Notes under the pieces: generated by a model
Seen by the model: only the letters and a program-made list of their open reading frames with translations
Database searches by the model: none
What the model was told of the DNA's origin: nothing
In this document: positions 8,630 through 18,060 of the stretch, piece by piece
How the letters are laid out: the number at the start of each line of letters is the position of its first letter
Numbering within the stretch: the first letter of the stretch is position 1
Position numbers and translations under genes: made by a program
Assembly: GCA_040758355.1 (NCBI GenBank)
Contig: JBFLWF010000031.1
Location: forward strand, 1 to 23,845
Length of the DNA: 23,845 nt
DNA from: Nitrospirota bacterium
GTDB taxonomy: Bacteria; Nitrospirota; Thermodesulfovibrionia; Thermodesulfovibrionales; Dissulfurispiraceae
Direction: 5' to 3'

Positions 8630-8646
8630 TACTCCATCACTCCAAT
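8623..8646. repeat. Octamer tandem repeat (ACTCCATN-type, 3 degenerate units)
   Basis: catccatt actccatc actccaat; the minus strand reads ATTGGAGT GATGGAGT AATGGATG. Confidence 0.5.
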
Positions 8647-8654
8647 TTTGACTC

Positions 8655-9155
8655 TCACCAGTCAAATTGGCATCTCAGCCATCCTGGCGGAATGCCCTTT
8701 CTATGGGCCTCGTCCTCGAAATCGCTGAGATCCCTCTCTGCATTTCTGAGCTGCTTCTTTGACTTCCTGAGTTTACTATTCAGTTGTTTCAGTGCCTTTT
8801 TGCTCTTTTCACCCGGCAAGGGGTTTCCTTCAATTTCAGCGAGCTTCTTCTCTGTTTCCTCAACATCTTCCTGCGCCTTCTCTATTTTCTTTTTATACTC
8901 TGTTGCCCTTTTGCACCAGTATTCCTTTTCCTTCTGCTCCTTTGTTTTTTCTGCCCTCTTCTTTGTTTCTACTGCCTCTGCTCTTGTTTTAGGCGTTTTA
9001 TTATCGGAAGGGCTTTTGTATTTTTCGATATCCTCGTTTGAAAAATACGGCGATTCTTTTTGTTGGCGGCTATCTCCGCTAACAGCAGGAGAGTACAATC
9101 CGATGACGCAAATAATGGCTAATATAAAGAAATAAAGCAAGTGCCTTTTCTTCAT
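8655..9155 (-). CDS. Hypothetical exported coiled-coil protein
   Basis: Signal peptide or TM segment (MKKRHLLYFFILAIIC...), K/E-rich helical body, C-terminal GIPPGWLRC; start overlaps the kdsA stop. Confidence 0.75.
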   Translation of the reverse strand: MKKRHLLYFFILAIICVIGLYSPAVSGDSRQQKESPYFSNEDIEKYKSPSDNKTPKTRAEAVETKKRAEKTKEQKEKEYWCKRATEYKKKIEKAQEDVEETEKKLAEIEGNPLPGEKSKKALKQLNSKLRKSKKQLRNAERDLSDFEDEAHRKGIPPGWLRCQFDW

Positions 9156-9964
9156 TTCAGCAGCTCGCATATTGCTTTTATGGTATTTAACATCTTTTCC
9201 AGATCAGACAATTTTATCATATTCGGGCCATCGCACAATGCCTTGTCAGGCTCTGGATGGACTTCCATGAATAATCCATCAATGCCAACTGCAACTGCTG
9301 CCCTTGCAAGGGGCTCTGCAAACTCCCTTTGTCCGCCTGAGCTACTTCCTTGCCCTCCAGGAAGCTGGAGGCTGTGGGTAACATCAAAGATAACGGGGTA
9401 GCCAAATGAGCGCATAATGGGAAATGCCCTGTAGTCAACAACTAAGTTGTTGTAACCAAAGGATGCACCTCTTTCTGTTATAAATAGGTTTTTGTTGCCC
9501 GTAGATACGAATTTATCGATGATATTCTTGACATCCCACGGTGCAAGGAACTGTCCCTTCTTGATATTGACAGGTTTTCCTGTCTTTGATGCCTCGATTA
9601 TTAAATCGGTCTGCCTGCATAAAAAGGCAGGTATCTGCAATGCATCGAGGACTTCTGCTGCGTGCTTCGCTTCATCAACTGAATGCACATCAGATATTAC
9701 AGGGATATCGAATTTGCCCTTGATATCCGAAAGTATTTCCAGCCCTCTATCGATTCCAGGGCCTCTGTAGGATGACAGTGATGTCCTGTTCGCCTTGTCA
9801 TAAGAGCTTTTGAATATAAATGGAAGTCCAACAGTGCTGCATATCTCTTTTAATTTCTCTGCTGTATAAAAGGTTATGTCCTCGTTTTCGATCACGCAAG
9901 GACCTGCGATGATTACAGGCAGATTGCCATTGCCTATTCTTATGTTTTCTATTGCCACTTCCAT
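9152..9964 (-). CDS. kdsA: 3-deoxy-8-phosphooctulonate synthase
   Basis: IAGPCVIE, KSSYDKANRTS, QIPAFLCRQTDL, KKGQF, ERG.SFGY, FDVTHS and EVHP..ALCDG motifs; likely start MEVAIE at 9964. Confidence 0.97.
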   Translation of the reverse strand: MEVAIENIRIGNGNLPVIIAGPCVIENEDITFYTAEKLKEICSTVGLPFIFKSSYDKANRTSLSSYRGPGIDRGLEILSDIKGKFDIPVISDVHSVDEAKHAAEVLDALQIPAFLCRQTDLIIEASKTGKPVNIKKGQFLAPWDVKNIIDKFVSTGNKNLFITERGASFGYNNLVVDYRAFPIMRSFGYPVIFDVTHSLQLPGGQGSSSGGQREFAEPLARAAVAVGIDGLFMEVHPEPDKALCDGPNMIKLSDLEKMLNTIKAICELLK

Positions 9965-9995
9965 CAGATTGCATCCTGTTCTGTTTTGATGGTTA

Positions 9996-11873
9996 TTATA
10001 CCACATGGCCGTTAATCATCGATTCCTTCAGTCTTTCTTCAAATTCCCTTATCTTGATGTCCAGTTCTTCAGTAAGCGATGACAGTTCGTCAAAAAGGGT
10101 GTCGATTCTTGCCTTTGATTCATGAATGGATTTTGAGAGTGTCTTGATAGATTGTCCTTCGCCCTTCACGGAAACTTCTAAAAGTGCCTGTGTATCCTGC
10201 TCAATCTGGTTTTCGAGGTGCATTATAGTTTCTTCCACTTCTGTAATCCTTTTCTGCAAAACCCCAAGTATTCTTGAGCGGCTGTTGATTAATTCTGCCC
10301 TGATACGGCGCATATCTTTTTTGCTCGCACCTTTTGTCTGCTCATTGTTTTGCCCCTTACTATTCTGGCTTTCGGTTATCTCGCTTTTCCATCCGACCCT
10401 GTCGAGGAAGTCCTGATATGTGCCTTCAAATACTCTCACCTTTCCATCATCAAATACAATCAGCCTTGTGGCTATGGCATGGAGGATCATCTCGCTGTGG
10501 GTCACAATCACAACAGCGCCTTCAAATGCATCTATGGCCTCAAGGAGGGAATCTATGGATTCCATATCGAGGTGGTTTGTGGGTTCGTCCAGCAAAAACA
10601 GGTTTGCCGGACTGACAAGCAATTTTCCAAGAAGCACTCTGCTTTTTTCACCTCCTGAAAGAACGGAGATTTTCTTCAGGGCATTGTCTCCCTCAAACAT
10701 CATTATACCGCATATATTTCGCGCTGCCCTGCGGTTGTATTCAGGAAGCATTTCGAGGATTTCTTCTTCAACAGTCCTTTGAGGGTCAAGACGCTGTATA
10801 TTTGTCTGTCCAAAGTATGCGAGCCTTAATTTCGGGTTATGATTAACCGTACCGCTTATTGATGGCAGTTCGCCTGCAAGCAGGTTAAGAAGAGTGGTCT
10901 TGCCCTTTCCGTTTTTCCCTATTATTGCGATGCGGTCGTTTTTCCCTATGGTTATGCTTAGTTTATCGATCAGGGAATGGCCTTCAGTGTTAAATGAAAA
11001 TGATATGTCATTTGCCTCTATAAGCCATTTGCCAAGGAAAGGCTCTGACTTAAATTCAAAATCGAGGTTTTTTATTTCTGAGATTTTTTCCAATCTCTCT
11101 TTTTTCTGGAGAGCCTTTATCTTTGACTGGACTGCGCGGGCGCGTGTGGCCTGCGCCCTAAACCTGTTTATAAACTGCTCTGTTTCCTTGCGCTTCTTTT
11201 CTTCATTTATCCTTGTCTTTTCGTAAACCTCTTCTTCCAAGAGTATCTGTTCATACAGCTTTTGCGTTGGACCTTCTATTTTCCGTATCTTACTGCTGTG
11301 GATGCCCATGGTATGCGTGGTTATACTGTCCATAAAATCCCTGTCATGGGTGATTAATATAAGCTCGTTTTTCCAGTTTCGCAAGAATTGGGTGAGCCAT
11401 CTGATGGACAGGATGTCCAGATAGTTCGTCGGCTCGTCAAGCAGCAAAAGATTAGGCTCTGAGACCAGCAGCTTTGCGAGGTTCAATCTAATCTGGTATC
11501 CGCCTGAAAGCTCCAATGGGTTACGGGTAAAATCTTCTTCAGAAAATCCAATGCCCATTAAGACGGTTTCCACCCTGTAGGTCTCATCTCTACCGTCTTC
11601 TGCAGGGCTAAGGCTCAGGCATCCCTCCTTTAAGATAGAATCCCCGGTAAAACTGATATGCTGTGAAAGATGGCCTATTTTATAATGATTCGGAATGCTG
11701 ATAACCCCTGAATCAGGCTTCTCCTCACCGAGTATCATCTTAAACAGGGTGGTCTTGCCGTGGCCGTTTCTGCCCACAAGACCGATGCGCTCGCCTGCAT
11801 TGACAGTAAAGCCTATATCGTCAAAAATAACCTGCTGGCCGTAGGCCTTATATAAATTACTGCCCTGTATCAC
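9996..11873 (-). CDS. ABC-F family ATPase (two ABC domains, no TM domain, C-terminal coiled coil)
   Basis: GRNGHGKT/LSGG/LLLDEPTNYLD and GKNGKGKT/LSGGE/LLDEPTNHLD; likely GTG start at 11873. Confidence 0.92.
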   Translation of the reverse strand: MIQGSNLYKAYGQQVIFDDIGFTVNAGERIGLVGRNGHGKTTLFKMILGEEKPDSGVISIPNHYKIGHLSQHISFTGDSILKEGCLSLSPAEDGRDETYRVETVLMGIGFSEEDFTRNPLELSGGYQIRLNLAKLLVSEPNLLLLDEPTNYLDILSIRWLTQFLRNWKNELILITHDRDFMDSITTHTMGIHSSKIRKIEGPTQKLYEQILLEEEVYEKTRINEEKKRKETEQFINRFRAQATRARAVQSKIKALQKKERLEKISEIKNLDFEFKSEPFLGKWLIEANDISFSFNTEGHSLIDKLSITIGKNDRIAIIGKNGKGKTTLLNLLAGELPSISGTVNHNPKLRLAYFGQTNIQRLDPQRTVEEEILEMLPEYNRRAARNICGIMMFEGDNALKKISVLSGGEKSRVLLGKLLVSPANLFLLDEPTNHLDMESIDSLLEAIDAFEGAVVIVTHSEMILHAIATRLIVFDDGKVRVFEGTYQDFLDRVGWKSEITESQNSKGQNNEQTKGASKKDMRRIRAELINSRSRILGVLQKRITEVEETIMHLENQIEQDTQALLEVSVKGEGQSIKTLSKSIHESKARIDTLFDELSSLTEELDIKIREFEERLKESMINGHVV

Positions 11874-12528
11874 TGGAATTTTGTTCGGCGCTCTTTGAAT
11901 AAAAGTCCATGTTGATTGCGACCATCTGCTGCTGGACTTCCCTGTAATCAATTCCAAAGTCTTTCTGAAGTGTTGCTGCTATGTCGGCATAACGTCCGAA
12001 GACTTCGCCGATATTCGAAATACTGTATTGATGAATAAAGTCCTTGCAAAGCTTATGGGCTTCGTCTGTATCTATGTATGGTGTATCCCGAAGGGCATTT
12101 TCGACCTGGATTTTAATGTCCCTTTTGATCTCATCCGTTTCTTCGCCGTTTGCACGCCTTTTAAATAGTCCTCCTATGGATAAATTTTCTATTTCGAGAC
12201 ACTTATTGAAATTCCGGCAATTCGGACAGCAGAATCTCAGCTCGTCATTTAATGTTTCGATGAGATATTTTTCGAGGATTCCCTTGAATGCACCATCTGT
12301 TTCAGGGCCTTTCAATTCCAACAGTTTTGAGACAAATCCCTCAGCGTCTTCAACAATGCCTTCCGGAGTCTCTTTTATCCTCTTTGAATTTTCAGAGCCG
12401 ATAATGCTGCCTGCGAGTATGACGTAATAACGCAAATCTTCAGGGAACATATGGAGCTTTCTCTGGAATTCCCTGTCATTGAGTTCATAAAGGATAGCGT
12501 ATAAAGAGAAGGTTTTATTGTCGGACAT
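11857..12528 (-). CDS. Hypothetical protein with a Cys cluster (CCPNCRNFNKC...C)
   Basis: 223-aa ORF co-oriented with and overlapping the ABC-F start; TGtTATAAT extended -10 upstream (-10 at 12574-12579). No family recognised. Confidence 0.75.
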   Translation of the reverse strand: MSDNKTFSLYAILYELNDREFQRKLHMFPEDLRYYVILAGSIIGSENSKRIKETPEGIVEDAEGFVSKLLELKGPETDGAFKGILEKYLIETLNDELRFCCPNCRNFNKCLEIENLSIGGLFKRRANGEETDEIKRDIKIQVENALRDTPYIDTDEAHKLCKDFIHQYSISNIGEVFGRYADIAATLQKDFGIDYREVQQQMVAINMDFYSKSAEQNSSDTGQ

Positions 12529-12670
12529 TTAGTTTGTTTCTTCAGGTTCGAATATATTCAACTGGTATGGATATTATAACATTAAATGAGGTCTGGGCAT
12601 TAGCCTTCTGGTTTCCAGTGAAAGGTGATATTATTTTATAAAAGAAAATACAGGATAGCTCGAGGAAGAA

Positions 12671-13792
12671 ATGGGAGCAGATAAACTAAGAAGTCTTATA
12701 CAGGAAGTCCTGTCTCCTGCGGGCATCAACATCAATGGGAATCAGCCATGGGACATTCGGATCAATGACGAGAGATTTTATCAAAGGGTCTTGAGTGATG
12801 GGAGCTTAGGACTGGGAGAATCTTACATGGATGGATGGTGGGAATGTGAGAATCTGGATGATTTTTTCTGCAGGCTTTTGCCAACTCAGCCGGAGAATAA
12901 AATCAAAAAGAACTGGAGATTGCTCCTTCACATCCTTAATGCAGTGATTCTTAACAGGGGCTGTAAATCGAGGGCATTTCAGATTGGGGAAAGGCATTAT
13001 GACATGGGAAATGAACTTTATAAAAATATGCTGGACAAAAGGATGGTCTATAGCTGCGCTTATTGGAAGGATGCCAAAAGCCTGGATGAAGCTCAAGAAG
13101 CAAAGTTGGATTTGATTTGCAGGAAATTAGACCTGCGGCCTCGTGATAAAATCCTGGATATTGGATGTGGATGGGGAGGTTTTGCAAAATATGCAGCTGA
13201 AAAATACAAGGTTGAGGCAGTTGGTATAACCGTCTCTAAAGAACAGGTGGAACTTGGGAAAGAATTATGCAAGGGATTGCCTGTTGAAATCAGATTGCAG
13301 GATTACAGGGATATTCACGGGGAGTTTGATCATATTGTTTCTGTCGGCATGTTCGAGCATGTCTGCTATAAAAATTACAGGACTTATATGGAGACCGTTA
13401 AGCAGTGCTTAAAAGATAACGGGTTGTTCTTATTACACACTATAGGAGATATCCGGTCTCAGGTCACAACAGACCCTTGGTTCGGTAAATATATCTTCCC
13501 CAACTCACTCATCCCGTCAATGAAACAGATCAGTGCTTCTATCGAAGGATTATTTATTATGGAAGATCTGCATAATTTTGGCGCTGATTACGATGCGACC
13601 CTGATTGAATGGTTTAAAAATTTTGATAAAAATTGGGATAAATTAAAAGAAAGGTATGATGAGAGATTTTACCGCATGTGGAAATATTATCTTCTAAGCA
13701 GTGCAGGAGCATTCCGGTCCAGGTGTGTGCAGGTCTGGCAAATTGTTCTTTCTAAGAGAGGAGTTCCCGGAGGATACCACGCGGTTCGTTAA
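12671..13792 (+). CDS. cfa: Cyclopropane-fatty-acyl-phospholipid synthase
   Basis: [51 protein letters not shown] and [11 protein letters not shown] motifs; GAGG RBS. Confidence 0.95.
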   Translation: MGADKLRSLIQEVLSPAGININGNQPWDIRINDERFYQRVLSDGSLGLGESYMDGWWECENLDDFFCRLLPTQPENKIKKNWRLLLHILNAVILNRGCKSRAFQIGERHYDMGNELYKNMLDKRMVYSCAYWKDAKSLDEAQEAKLDLICRKLDLRPRDKILDIGCGWGGFAKYAAEKYKVEAVGITVSKEQVELGKELCKGLPVEIRLQDYRDIHGEFDHIVSVGMFEHVCYKNYRTYMETVKQCLKDNGLFLLHTIGDIRSQVTTDPWFGKYIFPNSLIPSMKQISASIEGLFIMEDLHNFGADYDATLIEWFKNFDKNWDKLKERYDERFYRMWKYYLLSSAGAFRSRCVQVWQIVLSKRGVPGGYHAVR

Positions 13793-14760
13793 CCGTTCAG
13801 AATCCTTGCTGCGTCTTTTGCGAAATAGGTGAGGATTAAATCAGCGCCTGCCCTTTTTATTGATGTGAGGATCTCCATCATCGCCCTGTCTTCGTCAATC
13901 CATCCGAGTTTTCCTGCAGCCTTAACAAGGGAGTATTCTCCGCTCACATTATAAGCTGCCACCGGAACAGCAAAGGATGATTTTACATCGGATATAACAT
14001 CGAGGTAAGAGAGTGCGGGTTTGACCATAACAATATCAGCCCCTTCTTCTATATCGAGGGCAACCTCTTTCAATGCCTCACGCCTGTTTGCAGGGTCCAT
14101 CTGGTATGAGCGCCTGTCTCCGAACTGTGGTGTTGATTCTGCAGCCTCCCTGAATGGCCCGTAGAATGCGGATGCATACTTTGCTGCATATGACATTATG
14201 GGGATCTCGCTGAATCCCTCTCTGTCCAGCGCAGTCCTTATTGCAGCAACCCTTCCGTCCATCATGTCCGAAGGTGCGACCATATCGGCTCCTGCCCTTG
14301 CATGGGACACAGCCTCCATTGCGAGGAGTCCAAGGGTTTTATCGTTGTTCACATCACCCTTTTCTATAAAGCCGCAATGTCCGTGGCTTGTGTATTCGCA
14401 CATGCAGACATCGGTAATTACATAAAGTTCTGGAACAGCGTCCTTTATGGCCTTAATGGCATTCTGGACAATTCCGTTGTCATCATAGGCGCTGCTTCCC
14501 ATTTCGTCTTTGTGTTCGGGGATGCCGAAGAGTATTACTGCTGGTATGCCGAGGGAATAGATCTCTTTTGCATTTTTTACAAGCTCGTCGATTGATTCCT
14601 GATAGGATCCGGGCATTGTGGATATTTCTTTTCTAATGCCCTTGCCAAAGGTTACAAAAAGGGGATAAATAAAGTCATCAGGAGAGATGGCTGTTTGTCT
14701 CACCATCCTCCTGATGGTCTCGTTCTTTCTAAGCCTTCTGCATCTGTGTATTGGGAACAT
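13789..14760 (-). CDS. hemB: Porphobilinogen synthase (delta-aminolevulinic acid dehydratase)
   Basis: RRLR, Zn site [41 protein letters not shown] and YNVSGEY motifs; ATG at 14760 overlaps the upstream TAA. Confidence 0.97.
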   Translation of the reverse strand: MFPIHRCRRLRKNETIRRMVRQTAISPDDFIYPLFVTFGKGIRKEISTMPGSYQESIDELVKNAKEIYSLGIPAVILFGIPEHKDEMGSSAYDDNGIVQNAIKAIKDAVPELYVITDVCMCEYTSHGHCGFIEKGDVNNDKTLGLLAMEAVSHARAGADMVAPSDMMDGRVAAIRTALDREGFSEIPIMSYAAKYASAFYGPFREAAESTPQFGDRRSYQMDPANRREALKEVALDIEEGADIVMVKPALSYLDVISDVKSSFAVPVAAYNVSGEYSLVKAAGKLGWIDEDRAMMEILTSIKRAGADLILTYFAKDAARILNG

Positions 14761-15089
14761 TATCCGCAGCTGCTGCAGCCTGAACTGCAAGCCGAACCAG
14801 ATGGACCAGCGCCGCCGCTGAGCATGAAACCTTCCCTTTCTCCATCGTCATAATAGTCGAGCTGCATACCGGTTAAAGCAGAAAGTGTATTTTTATCAAC
14901 AAATACCCTGAGGCCGTTCTTTTCAATTACCTCGTCATCGGCCGTCGGCCTTTCGTCTATATCAAGACCGTAAGAGGGTCCGCAGCATCCTCCTTCGGAG
15001 CTATAGATCCTTAGACCCCAGCTATCTTTTCCTTCTGCTGCAAGAATGGCTGTAGCCTTCTCAGCAGCCTTGTCTGTGATTGTTACCAC
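14760..15089 (-). CDS. HesB/IscA-like iron-sulfur cluster accessory protein
   Basis: VTITDKAA...[13 protein letters not shown]...[12 protein letters not shown]...LDY pattern; GGAGG RBS before the GTG at 15089; Cys-rich tail. Confidence 0.85.
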   Translation of the reverse strand: MVTITDKAAEKATAILAAEGKDSWGLRIYSSEGGCCGPSYGLDIDERPTADDEVIEKNGLRVFVDKNTLSALTGMQLDYYDDGEREGFMLSGGAGPSGSACSSGCSSCG

Positions 15090-15197
15090 TTCATACCTCC
15101 AAAAGTTTGATACTATTAGCATAAAAAATTATCCACTTAAAAAGCAAACTTGTTTTTGACCTTTTTGTTCCCGATAGGATATTTTATATACTTGGGT

Positions 15198-16259
15198 ATG
15201 TTATTGATACATAGGTCAATTCTGAAGGAGCTGGCATCATCCCTCCTCCTTTCCATCCTTTTTTTGAATTTTACCCTTATGATGGAAAAACTGCTGAGGC
15301 TGAGCAGGGTTCTCTCTGGTGTCGGCACCTCTGTTGCGGATATCTCAAAGATAATCCTTTATCTACAGCCTCAGATACTCATCCTTACCATACCCATGGC
15401 AATGCTCCTTTCAGTGCTCCTTACATACGGGAGGATGAACACGGATAACGAGATGATCGTCCTGAGAGGCAGCGGCATGTCATTCAGGGGTATATCGACA
15501 CCTGTTGTATATCTGGGCATTGCATGTTTTGTTTTAAGCCTTGCCATGAGCTTTTATTTCAGCCCGAAGGGAAGCGCATTGCTGAGGGGAAAGGTATCCG
15601 AGATACTGACCACAAGGGCGCCCATGACCATAGAAGAAGGAATATTCAACACAGCTTTTAAGGACATTATCATTCTGGTTAAGGAAAAACCGGCTCCGGA
15701 GAGGCTTTCAGGAATATTCATCGTGGACGAAAGGAAAAAGGAAGAGCATAAGGTTATAGTTGCAAAGGAAGGAAGGATAGTTCCGGAACAGGAGTCTCTT
15801 GCCTTCTCACTATCCAGCGGGCATATCTATATAACAAAGAAGGACATCTTTACCGATATATCCTTTGGCAAATATCACTTCAAACTGAATCCGTCTGTGG
15901 AGTCTGCAGAAAAGAAGAACAGCGAATTGACGCCATTGGAATTGCTTGCAGCATCAAAAAAGTCTCCTGAAAAACGGGTACAGTTCTTCCTTGAGTTCTA
16001 CCGTAGGCTCTCCATGCCTGCAATATGTCTTATAATCATATTCTTAGGGCCTTCCCTTTCCCTCATGGCAGGAAAATCAGGGAGGCTCGGAGGGCTTACA
16101 GTTGGATTGTCGGTATTCGCTGTTTACTATACGCTTCTGCTCTATGGTGAGAATTTAGCACGGTCGGGGCAGCTCCCGCACCTCGCGGGCGCATGGATGG
16201 CCTTTGCCGTTTTGGGATTATTTTCGCTGTTAATATTTGAAAGGGTGAACAAAAAGTAA
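15198..16259 (+). CDS. lptF: LPS export permease, LptF-like
   Basis: TIPMAMLLSVLLTYGRMNTDNEMIVLRGSG motif; 3 TM + periplasmic domain + 3 TM layout; TAATG coupling to lptG. Likely start at 15198. Confidence 0.85.
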   Translation: MLLIHRSILKELASSLLLSILFLNFTLMMEKLLRLSRVLSGVGTSVADISKIILYLQPQILILTIPMAMLLSVLLTYGRMNTDNEMIVLRGSGMSFRGISTPVVYLGIACFVLSLAMSFYFSPKGSALLRGKVSEILTTRAPMTIEEGIFNTAFKDIIILVKEKPAPERLSGIFIVDERKKEEHKVIVAKEGRIVPEQESLAFSLSSGHIYITKKDIFTDISFGKYHFKLNPSVESAEKKNSELTPLELLAASKKSPEKRVQFFLEFYRRLSMPAICLIIIFLGPSLSLMAGKSGRLGGLTVGLSVFAVYYTLLLYGENLARSGQLPHLAGAWMAFAVLGLFSLLIFERVNKK

Positions 16260-17380
16260 TGCTTATAATACAGAGGTTATACATCAAAGAATTTTTAAAG
16301 GTTCTCGTAGTCCTGGGACTTGGAATATCCGGCGTCTTCAGCATCATAGGGCTTATTGACAAGATCGATGACTTCATGCCCTACAAGCCTTCATTCGGCC
16401 TGCTCATGCAGTATACGGCATTAAGCATTCCAAGATACACCCATTATCTCCTGCCAATGGCAATCCTTCTCAGCAGCCTCTTTATATTCTCACAGGCGAT
16501 CAAGAGAAGGGAGATCGTTGCCATAAAGGCAGCATCAGGGAAGATGAAAAGCCTGCTTATGCCATTTGTGGTGCTCGGGGTAATCCTTACGCTTTCTGCC
16601 TTTGCGCTCGGAGAGATCATTGTCCCAGCCACATCAAAAAGGCTCCATTCCATAAAGAATAAAATAACAAAAAAGGAAAAGGGTCTTACCTTTAAGGAAG
16701 GGACCCTTTACATGCGGGGAAAGGACGGCTCGGTAGTGAGGATTTCCCTTTATCTCCCTGATAAAAACATCTCAAAGGGCATCAGCATCTTCAAATTTGA
16801 CGGAGAAGGGCTGAGGGAGAGGATTGACGCAGAAACCGGGGAATGGAAGAGCAATGCATGGAAACTGAAGGATGTGACCCTTTATGATATTGCAAAAGGG
16901 CAAATAACAACAATAAAAGAGACAACCTATCCTGCAATAGAATCTCCGAAGATATTTCAGGAGGACATGTGGAAGGTGGAAGAGATGACAATGATGGAGT
17001 TGATGAAATATCTTAGAAGACTGAATGAGGCCGGGTTTAAAAACATAAAATTGACCGTTGACATCGGCTCAAGGCTTTCATATCCGCTGATCAATCTCTT
17101 TATGCTTCTCCTCGGCATATCCCTTTCCCTGGGCGGAGACTTCGCAGAACAGCGGCTTTTAAAACTCGTTTCTTCACAAAAAATGAAGGAAGGGGCATTT
17201 GGAAGCGGCATCATTGCAGCAGGATTAGGGCTTTTAATAAGCCTTATTTACTGGTTCGGATATTCCCTGTTCCTGTCCCTCGGGTATGCAGGAACTATCC
17301 CGCCGCTTGTCGCACCATGGATCGTGCCGATAATATTCGCAGGGGTTTCGGTTTATATGTACAGTCAGATACCTGAGTGA
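16259..17380 (+). CDS. lptG: LPS export permease, LptG-like
   Basis: LPMAILLSSL...EIVAIKAASG, GEIIVP and LGYAGTIPPLVAPW.P motifs; second YjgP/YjgQ-family paralogue in tandem. Confidence 0.85.
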   Translation: MLIIQRLYIKEFLKVLVVLGLGISGVFSIIGLIDKIDDFMPYKPSFGLLMQYTALSIPRYTHYLLPMAILLSSLFIFSQAIKRREIVAIKAASGKMKSLLMPFVVLGVILTLSAFALGEIIVPATSKRLHSIKNKITKKEKGLTFKEGTLYMRGKDGSVVRISLYLPDKNISKGISIFKFDGEGLRERIDAETGEWKSNAWKLKDVTLYDIAKGQITTIKETTYPAIESPKIFQEDMWKVEEMTMMELMKYLRRLNEAGFKNIKLTVDIGSRLSYPLINLFMLLLGISLSLGGDFAEQRLLKLVSSQKMKEGAFGSGIIAAGLGLLISLIYWFGYSLFLSLGYAGTIPPLVAPWIVPIIFAGVSVYMYSQIPE

Positions 17381-18060
17381 GCCTCTTTCATTATCTCAAC
17401 GCCTGCGCTTGTCCCTATTCGCATTGCGCCTGCTTTTATGAATTGCAGGACCTGAGATAATGTCTTTATTCCTCCTGCTGCCTTTACCTCTGCCCTGTCT
17501 CCGACAATCTTTTTAATCAGCTTCACATCCTTTATGGTTGCGCCTTTTGTGCCAAAGCCTGTTGATGTCTTAATAAACTTAGCGCCGAATAGAGATGCCA
17601 CCTTTGTGGCTACAATCTTTTCCTCCTCGGTGAGATAGCATGTCTCGATTATAACCTTGTGAACTGCCGATTTTGTGGAAGAGATAATCTCTAAGAGTTC
17701 CTCACCCACATAGTCCCAGTTCCCTGATTTTGCAGCGCCTATGTTCATTACAATATCGAGCTCGTCCGCTCCATAAAGGACTGCCTGTTTTGCCTCATAT
17801 ATCTTTGCATCCTTTAGGGTCATGCCGAGGGGAAAGCCTATGACGGTGGTTACTTTTGTTTCATGCCCCTTGAGGAGTGCATTGCATAAAGGCACAAAAT
17901 AAGGATTAACGCATACCGAATAAAAATTATATTTTATTGCTGTTTTGCAGAGCTTGATAATATCTGCCTCTGTTGCCTGGGGCTTTAAAAGGCTCTGGTC
18001 TATAAACTTAGCAATTTCACTCCCAGAGAGACGGGCCTTCTGCTTTTTTCTCTTTGACAT
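17365..18060 (-). CDS. deoC: Deoxyribose-phosphate aldolase
   Basis: SVCVNP, VIGFPLG, GADELDIV, KVIIETC, FIKTSTGF, VKAAGGI and RIGTS motifs; start at 18060 or 18066. Confidence 0.95.
   Translation of the reverse strand: MSKRKKQKARLSGSEIAKFIDQSLLKPQATEADIIKLCKTAIKYNFYSVCVNPYFVPLCNALLKGHETKVTTVIGFPLGMTLKDAKIYEAKQAVLYGADELDIVMNIGAAKSGNWDYVGEELLEIISSTKSAVHKVIIETCYLTEEEKIVATKVASLFGAKFIKTSTGFGTKGATIKDVKLIKKIVGDRAEVKAAGGIKTLSQVLQFIKAGAMRIGTSAGVEIMKEAHSGI

Noticed and set aside
7737..8651. 304-aa plus-strand ORF
   Set aside because: Antisense shadow of kdsD with no recognisable motifs. The same applies to 2586..3176, 450..947, 5892..6344 and the other short opposite-strand ORFs.
9964..11957. Extended N-termini in the ORF track (kdsA 10006, ABC-F 11957; also kdsC 6887, hemB 14790, lptF 15150, 7TM ORF 21386)
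   Set aside because: The extensions overlap upstream genes or promoters and lack family similarity. Downstream starts fit RBS or stop-start coupling better.
14760..15089. HesB-like selenoprotein
   Set aside because: No in-frame TGA; the positions are ordinary Cys codons.
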